Shown here piece by piece: positions 38,979 to 49,688 of a stretch of 64,000 nt of DNA. How positions within the stretch are numbered: position 1 is the stretch's first letter; each line of letters begins with the position of its first letter. The stretch is taken from the IMG/VR virus record IMGVR_UViG_3300011390_000002, positions 3,719 to 67,718 of that record. One strand, 5' to 3'. A program made the translations under genes and the position numbers. Under the pieces are notes generated by a model. The model saw nothing but the letters and a program-made list of their open reading frames with translations. It was not told the DNA's origin and made no database searches. Source of the DNA: a virus.

Positions 38979-39614
38979 ATGGCCAACAAGCTCTCAGTGG
39001 CGAGCATCATCGAGAAGAACAAGATTTCGAGTGACGTCGCCTACTTGGCGCTGCTCGAAATCGAAGTGCCCGATCCAGCCACGGGCGATGTCCTCGAGAC
39101 GCTGCGCTACGTGAACAACACCGAAGACGTGGTGCGCAAAGGCATCACCTACACGAAGGTGCAGTTTTCCCTCGAACTCAGTTCGGCCTCGGGCGAGACG
39201 CCGCAGATCAACTTGAGCTTTTTCGACTACTCGCAAGAGGTGCTCTCCCGTATGCAGAACTACGGGGGTGGGGTGGGGTTTAACGCGAACATCACCGTGC
39301 TCGCGTCGAACAACCTCGACGGCGACCCGGAAGTGGCCGAATTCTTCGAGGTGATCGCCGCCTCCGCGACCAACTATCAGGTCTCATTCACGCTTGGCGC
39401 GGAGAACGCGCTCACCAAGCAATTCCCGAAGGGCGTGCAGCGGCGCGACTTCTGCCGCTGGAAATACAAGGACGCGCGAACCTGCCGCTATGCGGGCTCG
39501 ATGACGGTCTGCGACCACACGCTCGAGGGGCAACTCGGGTGCCGCGCGCACCAGAACGTCGTCAACTTTGGTGGCCAGCCGAATCTGGTTCCTGGCGGCA
39601 ATCTCTTCAGGTAA
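38979..39614 (+). CDS. minor tail protein (gpL-like)
   Basis: C-terminal CRWKYK..C.Y..CDHT..C..NFGG Fe-S cysteines. Confidence 0.8.
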   Translation: MANKLSVASIIEKNKISSDVAYLALLEIEVPDPATGDVLETLRYVNNTEDVVRKGITYTKVQFSLELSSASGETPQINLSFFDYSQEVLSRMQNYGGGVGFNANITVLASNNLDGDPEVAEFFEVIAASATNYQVSFTLGAENALTKQFPKGVQRRDFCRWKYKDARTCRYAGSMTVCDHTLEGQLGCRAHQNVVNFGGQPNLVPGGNLFR

Positions 39615-39641
39615 AATAACAGTCAATAGTGACTATACGAC

Positions 39642-40043
39642 ATGACCAACGCAGAATTGATCGGCATCCCCTTCGAACGGGGTGGGCGCGGCCCGGACAG
39701 TTTCGATTGTTACGGGCTGTGCATGCACATCATCGAGCGCGACACCGGCATCAAAGTGCCGGACTACGGCGCGCCGGAAGACCAAGGCCGCATCCAGGCG
39801 GTGATGGTCAGCTCCGCGATGTTTTGGAAGCCGATCGACTACCCGAAACCGGGTGCGCTGGTCATGTTCCGAACGGGGCGCTTTATCGCGCACGTTGGAA
39901 TAGTCATTACTGACTGTCGCTTCATCCATACCTGGGAAGACTCTGGTGGGGTGGTGATCGAGCGGCTCGACCAATGGAAGAATCGAATCGTCGGATTTTA
40001 TGAATACTGCGACAACGGCAAAACCCAAGCAGCGCAAAGCTAA
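39642..40043 (+). CDS. NlpC/P60 tail-tip peptidase
   Basis: GIPF..GGR..FDCYGL..HVGI..FIH. Confidence 0.9.
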   Translation: MTNAELIGIPFERGGRGPDSFDCYGLCMHIIERDTGIKVPDYGAPEDQGRIQAVMVSSAMFWKPIDYPKPGALVMFRTGRFIAHVGIVITDCRFIHTWEDSGGVVIERLDQWKNRIVGFYEYCDNGKTQAAQS

Positions 40044-43000
40044 AGCTCCGCAATTCGTATCGGTTCGCCGGATCACCAATCCGTTTGAACCCTTGCGTGC
40101 GGTCGAAACGGAGCAATGGGCGTGGAAAAAGCGCAAGACCCTGGCGACTTACCTGCCTGCAGGGCTTGCGGACGACCACGTGGTGTCGATCAACGGCGCC
40201 GTCGTCGAGCAGGACCAACTGAAAAAGACGTTCCTCGAGCCGAACGACTACGTGGTGCTCTGTCCGATCCCGCGGGGCGGCGGGGGCGGTGGAAAGGGCA
40301 TCTTCCGCATCGTCGCCATGATCGCGGTCGCGGTCGCTGCCGCCTATACGGGTGGCGCAGCAGCAGCGGCCTACGGCTCGGCATTCAACGTCGCAGCGGG
40401 CTCTGGAGCCGCGCTCGCCGCGGGTGCGGTCGCCGCCACCGCCGTCACGGTCGCAGGCTCCCTGCTCGTGAACGCGATCTTGCCGCCCGTCACCGCAACC
40501 AATCAGGGAAATAGCCTCTCGAACAGCCCCTCCTACGGAGCGGACGGCGCGAAGAACACCAGCACCGAAGGCATCGCGATTCCTGTGATCTACGGCGAGT
40601 ATCGCTACGCCGGCAACATCATCGGTCTCTACACCGAGCAAAACGTCAGCGGCTCGGACGCCTCGAACAACGGCAACAACCAGATCCTCTACATGTTGAT
40701 CAGTGCCGGGGAGGGACCGATCGCGTCCATCACCGACATAGAGATCAACGACCGCCCGGTGAGCGAGTTCCTCGACGTCACGACACAGGTGCGCCTGGGC
40801 TACGGGGTGCAGTCGCCCATCGACTGGTTCTCGAAGGTCATCACGCCGGTCAACAAAAACGTCCTGATCCCGTCGGCCGGCACCTATGTCACGGTCTCGA
40901 CCGCCGAGGAGTGCGAGCAGTTCCGCCTGGACTTCGCGTGTCCGTCTGGCCTCTACTCGCTGAACTCGAAGGATGGCTCCTTCAACCCCAATACGGTCGC
41001 GCTCGACGTCGATTACCGCGTGTTCGGCTCCAATGGAGCCTGGACGTCGATGGGCACGACCAAGACGGTCTACTCGACCATCATCATCACGCCGACGCTC
41101 TCAGCGGGCCTGCCGCCCTCTGGCGGCGATCACGGTAGTGGCATCGGTCAGCCGGGCGTCGTGACGGCTCTCACGGTCAGGAACCAGGACGGCAGCCTCG
41201 CATCGGACGCCGATCGCGCGACCGCAATGGCTCAATACGGCAGCTACATCGGAAAGCCCTGGCCGTTCGATACGAACAATGAATGGGGCAGCAACACGAC
41301 GGCCACGCCCGTCACGATGACGGTCTCGCATGAGGCAGCCTCCGGCGACCTGGTGATCACCGACAACCTGCGCGCCACTGTGCGCCGCAGCTTTACTTCG
41401 CCTCAGTTGCCAATGGCGAAGTATGAGATTCGGGTCAAGCGCAATCCGAACTATTCAATCCAGACGGTCAACAACGCCAACAATCAGATCAAGACGGTGT
41501 TTCCGACCGACTCCTCGGAAAACGCGCAAAGCGACACCTACCTCACCGACCTGAACGAGATCACGCTCGACGGCGTGGCCTATAACCATCAGGCACTGCT
41601 TGCGCTGCGCATCCAGATGGATAACCAGCTCTCGGGCGTGCCAACGGTCACGTTCAAGCACGGCGGCAAGCTGATCGAGGTCATGACCCGCACCAACGGC
41701 ACGGTCATGTCGTCCTCGGTGCCGGGCAAGAACCCGGCGTGGATCTGGTATGACATGGCCACGAACCCGATCTATGGCGCCGAGATTGACCCGGCGCGCA
41801 TCGATATGGATTCGATCTTTACCTGGGCGGCTTACTGCGACGCGCAAGGTCTCACGTGGAACGGGCCGCTCGATCAGGTCCAGAACTTCTGGGATGCGTC
41901 CGCGCTCGTGCTGCGCGTGGGTCACGCTCAGGTGATCCGCGTGGGCACGCGCTACTACGTGGCCACCGAAGCGCCGGCCGATCCTGTGATGATGTTCGGC
42001 ATGGGCAACATCGTCCAGGACACGTTCAAGATGACGTGGCTCGCGCTGCAGGACCGTGCCACTGAAATCGACATTACCTACTTCGACAAGACGGACAAGA
42101 ACAAGTCCAAAACCGTTAAAGTCACCAACTCGCAAGCTGCGCTCGCGGGGCAGGTCCAGAACGTCTCGGCGATCACGCTTTTCGGCATCGACGACATCAC
42201 GCAAGCCTACAAGGAAGGCGCGTTCCAGCTCAACCTGAACAAGCTCCTCACCCAGTCGGTGGAGTTCGAAGCGCCGCTCGAGGCAATTGCCTGCACGCCG
42301 GGCGACGTGGTGCTGGTCCAGCACAACATGCCGAACTGGGCCTATTCGGGACGACTTGACCGCGGCTCGGCAAACGACACGTTGGTGCTCGACCAGCCGG
42401 TCACGATGGAAGCCGGCAAGCAATACAAGGCGCTGCTGCTGACCAACTTCGTGGTGCGCTCGAACGCGATCGTGCAGGCGGTGACGGGCAATTTCGTCCA
42501 GCTCGTGGGCGGGGTGAACGTCAACAATCGCATCATGCGCATTCGCAATTCCAACGGCGTCGAAACGGCGATCAACACGATCGTGCCCGATGGCATCTAC
42601 GTGGACGACACAAGCGGCTTTGCGACGGGCCAGTCGGTGCAGCTTTTCGACACGGACGTGGTGACGGACGTGGACGTAGTGACGCAGCCGGGAACGACCG
42701 AGACGCTCGCGCTCAAGAGCGGCCTGGGCTTTGTGCCGGACCAGTTCACGAACTTCATGTTCGGTGAGTCCAACAAGGTCCGCAAGCCCTTCCGCGTGAA
42801 GGCCATCACGCTCGCCACCGATACGAACAATCGACACATCCAGGCGCTGGAATACAACCTGGCCGTCTACGATTTGTCAGCCTATAACGACGTCATCGGC
42901 ACGCTCACGCCTCCGCTGCTGCCACCCGAACAAGCTGTGATCGGGCAGGTGCAGGCGCTGAGCGTCTACGAGGAAACCTACGTCAACGGCACGCAGATCC

Positions 43001-45192
43001 TCTCGAACGTGCGCGCGGCCTGGACGGGTCCGCAAGTGGGCTCGTATGCCGGCGCCGACGTGTATGTGTCGGTCAATGGCGGCCCGCTCAACCTTTACGA
43101 CACCGTGCGCGCGGCAACCAGCTATGTGGTGCCCGGGCTCGTTGCGAAAGATCAGGTGCTCGTGAAGGTCGTGGCTTATGACCTGTGGGGCAAACGAGCA
43201 AGTGTCGATAAGGCGCCGACCGCGAGCTACACGGTCGTGGCTCAGGTGGGCAACATCGATGTGGCGGACGTATCGGGTGCGAACTTCATCTGGGCCGGCC
43301 GCGACTGCAAGATTTTCTGGAACTACAACGCCGTCACGAGCTCCTTTGAGTTCGGCAGCGAGCCCAATGGGGCCGATGGTGGCGCGCGTGATCCGCACTT
43401 CATGGACTACGAGGTCCGTGTCTACGATCACAGCCACAACCTGCTGCGCACCGAGCACACGACCGACAACTCGTTCATCTACACCTACGAGAAGAACGTG
43501 GCCGACGGCACGCATCGCCGCCTGACGTTCGAAATCGCCGTGCGCGACGTGTTTAACAACATCGGCAAGCCAGCGGTGCTCGACGCTTACAATCCGCCGC
43601 CGCAAATCACGAGCGTGGTCAATAACCCGGCGTTCGACCGGGTGCAGATCAACTTCCAGCACACCGACGACGCGGACTATGCCGGCGCTCAGGTCTATCT
43701 GCGCTGGAACGGCGACGTGGATCTGGGCACGGACACGCCCGCCTACGATGGTCCGGACGTTCAGGTGCTCCTCACCAACCTGATGTTCAACGCCGATTAC
43801 AACTTCGTGATCGTGCCATATGACGCATTCGGGCTGGACGAGACGATCCCGTCGCCGCAGTTTCACTTTCGCACCCCGTTCATGGATGTGGAGGCAATTG
43901 CCGACGGCGTGCTGAAGGATTCGAAGCTGACGCCGTTGCTCCAGTCGCGCATCGACCTGATCGACGCTCCGCCGAGCATCCTTGGAAGCGTGAATGAACG
44001 GCTCTCGACGGCTAAGACCGAGATCACCTCGGTCCAGTCGAGCCAGGCTGACGCAATCAGCGCGCTTTCGACCAAAGTGGATACGGTGAGCGCGAAGACC
44101 GACGCCAACGTCGCGCTGATCGTTAGCGAGCAGACCGCGCGCACCGATGCCGATTCCGCCCTCAGCACCCGAATCGACGTCGTGGCGGCAAGCGTCGGGC
44201 CGGGCGTCATTGCCGCGATCCAGACTGAGCAGATCGCACGCGCGACCGCCGACTCTGCGCTGGGTAGTCGCATCGACACGGTGGAAGTGGGTGTCGCCGA
44301 CGCGGGCGCACAGGTGCGAGGTGAAGCGACGGCGCGCGCTACGGCCGACACGGCGCTTGGGACGCGAATCGACACGGTGGTTGCGTCGGTGGGGCAGACC
44401 AACGCCCTGATCCAGCAAGAGACGCTCGCGCGCATCGACGCCGATGGTGCCTCGGCAAGTCAAATCGGCTCGCTGCAAACGCAGGTCGGCAGTAACTACG
44501 CGCTGATCCAGGGCGCCTACTCGTCGATCAACGGTCTGAGCGCGCAATACACGGTCAAGATCGACAACAACGGCTACGTCTCGGGCTTTGGCCTGGCCTC
44601 GTATCCGGTGAACGGTGGCATCGTCAGCGAATTCGCAGTGCGCGCCGACACCTTCTCGGTCCAGCTTCCGGGATACAACGGTGTGCATCCGTTCACGATT
44701 GGCGCGGTCTACGGTGTGCCCCGCGTGATTATCAGCAGTGCGCTGATCGGTGATGCGTCGATTGACAACGCGAAGATTGGCGATCTGCAGGTCAACACGT
44801 TCAAGCTCGCCGGCAACTCGGTGACGGTGCCAAGCTTCATGAGCGGTAGCGGCGGGGCGGACAACCTTGGTCCGGGCAGCATGACGGGGCCGCTTGGCAC
44901 AATAACCCTGAACTTTCAAGATGCGGCGAGCGTGATTGCAATCGTCTCGTGGCAGGCCAGCAACGGCGGTGGTTCAACCAACTCCGTGGCCCAGGTTCGC
45001 GTGGATGGCAACCCCTTCATCAACCAATCTAACTCGGCGCAGCAGGGCTTCACGAGCGCTTTTACGGGGTCGGGTCGCGCAAACGTGGGCGCTGGCACCC
45101 ACACCTTTACCGTCCACTTTGGCAACGACTGGAACAGCGGTTCGTGGTCGGTGAGGGCCTGGTCAGTTACGATTATTGGAGTTATGCGATGA
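40000..45192 (+). CDS. central tail-tip/host-specificity protein (gpI-gpJ fusion)
   Basis: N-terminal Ub-like ..PRGG plus TM; IPVIYGE; FN3-like and coiled-coil regions; YTVKIDNNGYVSGFGL. Confidence 0.9.
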   Translation: MNTATTAKPKQRKAKAPQFVSVRRITNPFEPLRAVETEQWAWKKRKTLATYLPAGLADDHVVSINGAVVEQDQLKKTFLEPNDYVVLCPIPRGGGGGGKGIFRIVAMIAVAVAAAYTGGAAAAAYGSAFNVAAGSGAALAAGAVAATAVTVAGSLLVNAILPPVTATNQGNSLSNSPSYGADGAKNTSTEGIAIPVIYGEYRYAGNIIGLYTEQNVSGSDASNNGNNQILYMLISAGEGPIASITDIEINDRPVSEFLDVTTQVRLGYGVQSPIDWFSKVITPVNKNVLIPSAGTYVTVSTAEECEQFRLDFACPSGLYSLNSKDGSFNPNTVALDVDYRVFGSNGAWTSMGTTKTVYSTIIITPTLSAGLPPSGGDHGSGIGQPGVVTALTVRNQDGSLASDADRATAMAQYGSYIGKPWPFDTNNEWGSNTTATPVTMTVSHEAASGDLVITDNLRATVRRSFTSPQLPMAKYEIRVKRNPNYSIQTVNNANNQIKTVFPTDSSENAQSDTYLTDLNEITLDGVAYNHQALLALRIQMDNQLSGVPTVTFKHGGKLIEVMTRTNGTVMSSSVPGKNPAWIWYDMATNPIYGAEIDPARIDMDSIFTWAAYCDAQGLTWNGPLDQVQNFWDASALVLRVGHAQVIRVGTRYYVATEAPADPVMMFGMGNIVQDTFKMTWLALQDRATEIDITYFDKTDKNKSKTVKVTNSQAALAGQVQNVSAITLFGIDDITQAYKEGAFQLNLNKLLTQSVEFEAPLEAIACTPGDVVLVQHNMPNWAYSGRLDRGSANDTLVLDQPVTMEAGKQYKALLLTNFVVRSNAIVQAVTGNFVQLVGGVNVNNRIMRIRNSNGVETAINTIVPDGIYVDDTSGFATGQSVQLFDTDVVTDVDVVTQPGTTETLALKSGLGFVPDQFTNFMFGESNKVRKPFRVKAITLATDTNNRHIQALEYNLAVYDLSAYNDVIGTLTPPLLPPEQAVIGQVQALSVYEETYVNGTQILSNVRAAWTGPQVGSYAGADVYVSVNGGPLNLYDTVRAATSYVVPGLVAKDQVLVKVVAYDLWGKRASVDKAPTASYTVVAQVGNIDVADVSGANFIWAGRDCKIFWNYNAVTSSFEFGSEPNGADGGARDPHFMDYEVRVYDHSHNLLRTEHTTDNSFIYTYEKNVADGTHRRLTFEIAVRDVFNNIGKPAVLDAYNPPPQITSVVNNPAFDRVQINFQHTDDADYAGAQVYLRWNGDVDLGTDTPAYDGPDVQVLLTNLMFNADYNFVIVPYDAFGLDETIPSPQFHFRTPFMDVEAIADGVLKDSKLTPLLQSRIDLIDAPPSILGSVNERLSTAKTEITSVQSSQADAISALSTKVDTVSAKTDANVALIVSEQTARTDADSALSTRIDVVAASVGPGVIAAIQTEQIARATADSALGSRIDTVEVGVADAGAQVRGEATARATADTALGTRIDTVVASVGQTNALIQQETLARIDADGASASQIGSLQTQVGSNYALIQGAYSSINGLSAQYTVKIDNNGYVSGFGLASYPVNGGIVSEFAVRADTFSVQLPGYNGVHPFTIGAVYGVPRVIISSALIGDASIDNAKIGDLQVNTFKLAGNSVTVPSFMSGSGGADNLGPGSMTGPLGTITLNFQDAASVIAIVSWQASNGGGSTNSVAQVRVDGNPFINQSNSAQQGFTSAFTGSGRANVGAGTHTFTVHFGNDWNSGSWSVRAWSVTIIGVMR

Positions 45193-45560
45193 CAGATATT
45201 GAAACCGGCATCACTCACTTTGCCAAATATGACTCGGCGACGGGTCGAATCACCTTCACAGGCTCCGTTCCGTCCTCGATGCTGTCGCTTCAGGGCGAAA
45301 ATGTGGTGGCAGGCGAGGCCGACCCCCTGCTTGATTACGTGAGCGCTGGGGTAATTTCGCCGCGCCCCGCCAACACAGCGACACTTAAAGGCATGAAGTT
45401 GCGCTCGCTTCCGAAGCCCTGCGTCATTACGGTGGAGGGCGTGGCGCACGAGTGCACCGACGCAACGGCGGACCTGTCCTTTAGCCACCCGGGCACTTAC
45501 ACGGTGACGGTTTCGGCCTGGCCGATGCTCGACGCCACTTTTGAGGTCACGCAAGCATGA
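45189..45560 (+). CDS. tail-associated protein
   Basis: coupled to J. Confidence 0.6.
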   Translation: MTDIETGITHFAKYDSATGRITFTGSVPSSMLSLQGENVVAGEADPLLDYVSAGVISPRPANTATLKGMKLRSLPKPCVITVEGVAHECTDATADLSFSHPGTYTVTVSAWPMLDATFEVTQA

Positions 45561-45748
45561 AGATCCACCACAAAATCGACGTCACGCCGCACCGCGCGGG
45601 CGCCTACATGAAGCTGGGCGACCAGCTTGACGCCATCATGAAGGGGTTCGTCGCCATGCAGGAGCTCGGCATCGAGCTGCCACCGGAAACGCTTGCCTGG
45701 ATTGAGCACTGCAAGACCGTGAAGGAGTCATTTCCGAAGGTTGAATAA
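45557..45748 (+). CDS. small tail-associated protein
   Basis: Y..LGDQLDAI..W...C..VK..FPK motif. Confidence 0.65.
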   Translation: MKIHHKIDVTPHRAGAYMKLGDQLDAIMKGFVAMQELGIELPPETLAWIEHCKTVKESFPKVE

Positions 45749-45804
45749 CAGTCAATATTGACTGTATAATCGGCCATCGACTTACCCCTTGGAAGAACGA
45801 GCGC

Positions 45805-48800
45805 ATGGCACAACTCAAACAGGTCTGCACCGTCACGAATGGATCGCAGACGATCACTGTGATTGGCGTGAATGTGGCGTATCGCATTCGTGCGAACAAC
45901 ATGTTCATGGTGGTCAACGAGTTGGTGCCATACACGGTCGCGACCGACGCGGTGTTCGATGGCGTGAATACGGTGGTCCAGCTCACGGGCGCCTATCAGG
46001 GCGCCTCGAACGCGATGGCGCCGAGCTCGTTTGTGACCGACTTCACCGCGCCTGACAACCTGCCGCTGATCTCTCAGGGGGACGTCGGCACGGCCGCAGT
46101 CTGGACGGCTGCCATGTATCGGCTCCAAGAGATGATCGGCTCCGTCACTCCAGCGGGTTTGACAGCCTTCATCGCCGAGATCAACGCCACCCAAGCGGCC
46201 GCAGCAGCCTCCCAGTTGGCTGCGAAGACCAGTGAAACCAACTCGAAGGCGAGCGAAACGAAGTCAGCAGCCAGTCAATCGGCGGCCTCCAACAGTGCTG
46301 CGGCAGCGCTTGCGTCACAGAATGCGGCCAAGACCAGCGAAACCAACTCGAAGACCAGCGAGACCAACGCATCGAATTCGGCGGGCCAGGCACGCACCTC
46401 GGCTACGCAAAGCGGAAGCTCGGCTGATGCGGCCGCCGCATCGGCATCGGCCGCGTTTGCCAGTCAACTAGACGCCAGCGGATCGGCGGCAAGCGCTCTC
46501 ACGTCCAAGAATGCTGCGAAGACGAGCGAGACCAACAGTGCCGTCTCGGCTGCTGCGGCCAAAACGAGCGAAACGAATGCCGGCGCTTCCGAAACGAATG
46601 CCGGCGCGAGCAAGACAGCGGCAGCCGGCTCTGCTGCGGCAGCGCTTGCGTCGCAAAATGCCGCCAAGTCCAGCGAAACGAATTCCAAGACCTCTGAGAC
46701 CAATGCCGCTGCTTCAGCATCGAGCGCTGCGGCTGATCGCGCGACCGTGCAGGGTATCGTCAAGTCGATGAACGAGCTGTATCTCGGCGAGCAAGCGGCT
46801 GACCCGACGAAAGACAACAACGGCGGTGCGCTCAAGGTCGGGGCGGAATACTTCAACAACGTGCGCAATATCATGCGCGTCTACACCAGCAAGGGCTGGC
46901 AAGACGTAGATATCGATGCACAAACCCAGGCCGCGAACGCCACCGCCAGCGCCTCCGCGGCAGCAGGGTCAGCCGCAGGCGCGCTGTCTTCGGCCGGCGC
47001 CGCTGCAGCGTCACAGGCAGCCGCGCTCGCTTCGCAGAATGCCGCCAAGACCAGCGAAACGAACTCAAAAACCAGCGAGACTAATTCCGCTGCAACTGCC
47101 GCAGCGTCGCTTGCCTCGCAGAAAGCTGCTGCCGCGAGCGAAACGAACAGCAAGACCAGCGAAACAAATGCCGCCGCCAGCGCTGCGCACGCTGACGACG
47201 TAGCTGCCAGGATCGGCAACCCGGTCGCCAAGGGCGGCGACACGATGACGGGCGACCTGTATATGGACGGCGCCAAGGTGGTCTCGACTCGCTACGGAAC
47301 AGGGGGTGCTCTCGTTTTGCGCGCAGCGTCCGGGACGCAAGCGGCTCAGACCGCCCTCACTACAGGGTCGCAGGCTGGCACGCTGACGTATCGTGGCTAC
47401 GACGGCGCGAACTTCCAGGACATGGCTTCTATCGACGCCTGGGCGGATGGCGCCGTATCGAGCACAAGCTCTGCGGCCTACCTGAGCTTTGCCACCACGC
47501 AAAGCGGCGCAACTGGCAAAGCGGAACGGATGCGCCTGACAAGCGCCGGCCGTTTGCTGCTCGGCTCTGTGAGCGACGATGGCACGAGCTTGTTGCAGGT
47601 GAATGGAAACGCACGCTTCAAGGGTGGCGTGCAAAGCTCGGGGTTGGATGCGGCGGGCCAGTTCCGCGCTGTCGCTGGTAGCTATGGGGTATTGCTTCGC
47701 AACGACGGCAGCAATGTCTACCTGATGCAAACCGCCAGCGGCGATCAGTATGGGACGTTCAACAGCTTCCGACCGTTCCAATGGAGCCTGACGACGGGTG
47801 CAGTAACCATTGACGCACCCGGCGCGAGCACGACCTTTGGCGGGGCGGTCATCGTTAATAACGCCTCAAGCTTGGCACTGCGTGGTAACGCGGGTCTCCA
47901 GCGTCAAATCAGTTTCCAGTCGGGGGCTGTTGACCGGTGGAGAGTGATTACTGATTCGTCTGCTGAGGGCGGCGCAAACGTCGGCTCGGACTTTTACATT
48001 CAAGCGATGAGCGACGCGGGCGCCTATCTCTCGAATGCTCTCAAGATCACGCGCAGCACCGGTCGTGTATGGCTTGGAAGCGGGCTGGACGTGCAAGGCA
48101 CGCTTACCACTAGCGGCACTGCGACCATCACCGGCGCGCTAACTGCACAGGCAGGGTTCAATAACACCAACGGCACCATCTACAACTACGGCTGGGGCGG
48201 CTCGACGGGCAAGGCCGTCTACACCTTCTCGGCAGACGGTTCGAAATACCTGCTCTATGACGGTTCCTCCTACACGCTTGCTGGCGGCGGACTATCCGTG
48301 GCCGGGCCACTCAATGCGACAGGCGCTGTCACAAGCACGAGCGGCCAGATGGTTATCAGCGGCTGGTCTAACAATCCCGCGAGCGGCGTCCTCTATTTCG
48401 GGGCCGCAGCCAACAACAAATACCTGTATTACGACGGCACTAACTTCCAGTTTTCTGGTGGGGATTTAAACGCCAACGGGAACAGGGTATGGCACGGTGG
48501 GAATCTGCCAAGCCCGATGCAGACGACTGGCGGCACGTTCTCTGGCCAAGTCGACTACAACACGACCCTCCGAATGTTGAATGCAAACGCGATTCAACTT
48601 TGGGCACCGGGGAATGGCTCCTTTGGCGTGCTGCGCGGCGACGTTGGGTATTGCGGGTTCTTGAATCAAGCCCAAAGCGCGTGGAATTTGACGATCAGTG
48701 ACGGTGGAGCGGTGAATTTTCCGCGTGCTCGACCGACATGGGCGGGACTGGTCCCGTGGGATAACGGCAACTTCAACCCTGGCTCCTATCAGCCTGCTGG

Positions 48801-49266
48801 CAGCTATATCCGCCAGTATGTCTACAACGACGGCAGTGGCTTTGGCCTCACGTCCGGTGCGGCCCCAAGCATTGCCTATATCACGTCGCAATCCGCCTGC
48901 TTGACGTTGCAGAACCAGGGCAACAACTCAGCCTCGTGCGTGATCAACTTCCGCCGTGAAGGGTCGTTCGCCGCTTACTTCGGGCTCGACACCGACAACC
49001 AATGGGCTGTGGGCGGCGGATCGCATGGAACGATCCGTTACCGCCTTTGGCACGAGGGCAACTTGAGTCCAGCAACTGCCGGCGCTACGGTGCGCCGCAC
49101 TGGCACATTCGAGTTGGCGGACATCGACGGTCACGGCAGTCGCGGGTTTCAAGATGCCCCGGACAACGCAGTGGTTATCGGCATGGCTGTAGTCGGGTGG
49201 TATGGACCCAACGGTGACTGCGTTGGAGCCGTCCGCCTGCGCGTATCCCGTCTCGTCAACCAATAA
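45805..49266 (+). CDS. side tail fibre protein
   Basis: Stf-like AASQNAAKTSETN repeats; GDTMTG; C-terminal WHxGN fibre modules. Confidence 0.9.
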   Translation: MAQLKQVCTVTNGSQTITVIGVNVAYRIRANNMFMVVNELVPYTVATDAVFDGVNTVVQLTGAYQGASNAMAPSSFVTDFTAPDNLPLISQGDVGTAAVWTAAMYRLQEMIGSVTPAGLTAFIAEINATQAAAAASQLAAKTSETNSKASETKSAASQSAASNSAAAALASQNAAKTSETNSKTSETNASNSAGQARTSATQSGSSADAAAASASAAFASQLDASGSAASALTSKNAAKTSETNSAVSAAAAKTSETNAGASETNAGASKTAAAGSAAAALASQNAAKSSETNSKTSETNAAASASSAAADRATVQGIVKSMNELYLGEQAADPTKDNNGGALKVGAEYFNNVRNIMRVYTSKGWQDVDIDAQTQAANATASASAAAGSAAGALSSAGAAAASQAAALASQNAAKTSETNSKTSETNSAATAAASLASQKAAAASETNSKTSETNAAASAAHADDVAARIGNPVAKGGDTMTGDLYMDGAKVVSTRYGTGGALVLRAASGTQAAQTALTTGSQAGTLTYRGYDGANFQDMASIDAWADGAVSSTSSAAYLSFATTQSGATGKAERMRLTSAGRLLLGSVSDDGTSLLQVNGNARFKGGVQSSGLDAAGQFRAVAGSYGVLLRNDGSNVYLMQTASGDQYGTFNSFRPFQWSLTTGAVTIDAPGASTTFGGAVIVNNASSLALRGNAGLQRQISFQSGAVDRWRVITDSSAEGGANVGSDFYIQAMSDAGAYLSNALKITRSTGRVWLGSGLDVQGTLTTSGTATITGALTAQAGFNNTNGTIYNYGWGGSTGKAVYTFSADGSKYLLYDGSSYTLAGGGLSVAGPLNATGAVTSTSGQMVISGWSNNPASGVLYFGAAANNKYLYYDGTNFQFSGGDLNANGNRVWHGGNLPSPMQTTGGTFSGQVDYNTTLRMLNANAIQLWAPGNGSFGVLRGDVGYCGFLNQAQSAWNLTISDGGAVNFPRARPTWAGLVPWDNGNFNPGSYQPAGSYIRQYVYNDGSGFGLTSGAAPSIAYITSQSACLTLQNQGNNSASCVINFRREGSFAAYFGLDTDNQWAVGGGSHGTIRYRLWHEGNLSPATAGATVRRTGTFELADIDGHGSRGFQDAPDNAVVIGMAVVGWYGPNGDCVGAVRLRVSRLVNQ

Positions 49267-49275
49267 GGAGCAAGT

Positions 49276-49662
49276 GTGATTACAGCCAATGAGCTTCGGT
49301 TCGCCATGCAAGACCTCTGCCCAAATCTGACCTACGGCAAGGACTATGTTGTGTGGCATGAGATCGATGCGGAAACCGGTGTCCAACTGGTAGACGCGGA
49401 GATCGCAGAGTGGCGCAACCTCACACCGCAGCCGCTCATTGACGTGGTTCGGCAGCGCGCCATTACGTTGCGCCCGGCCCTCGCGGAGATCGGGCTTCGC
49501 AAAAAGCGGAACCAACTTCTGTCGGAAACGGACTGGACACAACAACCCGACGTGCCGAACGCAACACGCGCCAGCTACGCGAGCTATCGCCAGGCGCTGC
49601 GCGACTTGCCTCAACAGCCCGGTTTTCCGAGTGAGGTTGATTGGCCGATCGCACCGCAATAA
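49276..49662 (+). CDS. tail fibre assembly chaperone
   Basis: RKKRNQLLSETDWTQ.PD..YRQALRDLP.QPGFP..V.WP. Confidence 0.9.
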   Translation: MITANELRFAMQDLCPNLTYGKDYVVWHEIDAETGVQLVDAEIAEWRNLTPQPLIDVVRQRAITLRPALAEIGLRKKRNQLLSETDWTQQPDVPNATRASYASYRQALRDLPQQPGFPSEVDWPIAPQ

Positions 49663-49688
49663 CTTTTACCCACCCGAAGGAGTATCGA

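Noticed and set aside
46190-47200. CRISPR-like or tandem DNA repeat array
   Set aside because: The repeats are in-frame, degenerate protein repeats of the tail fibre without unique spacers. The AGTCA palindromes are dispersed rather than arrayed. No cas genes are present.
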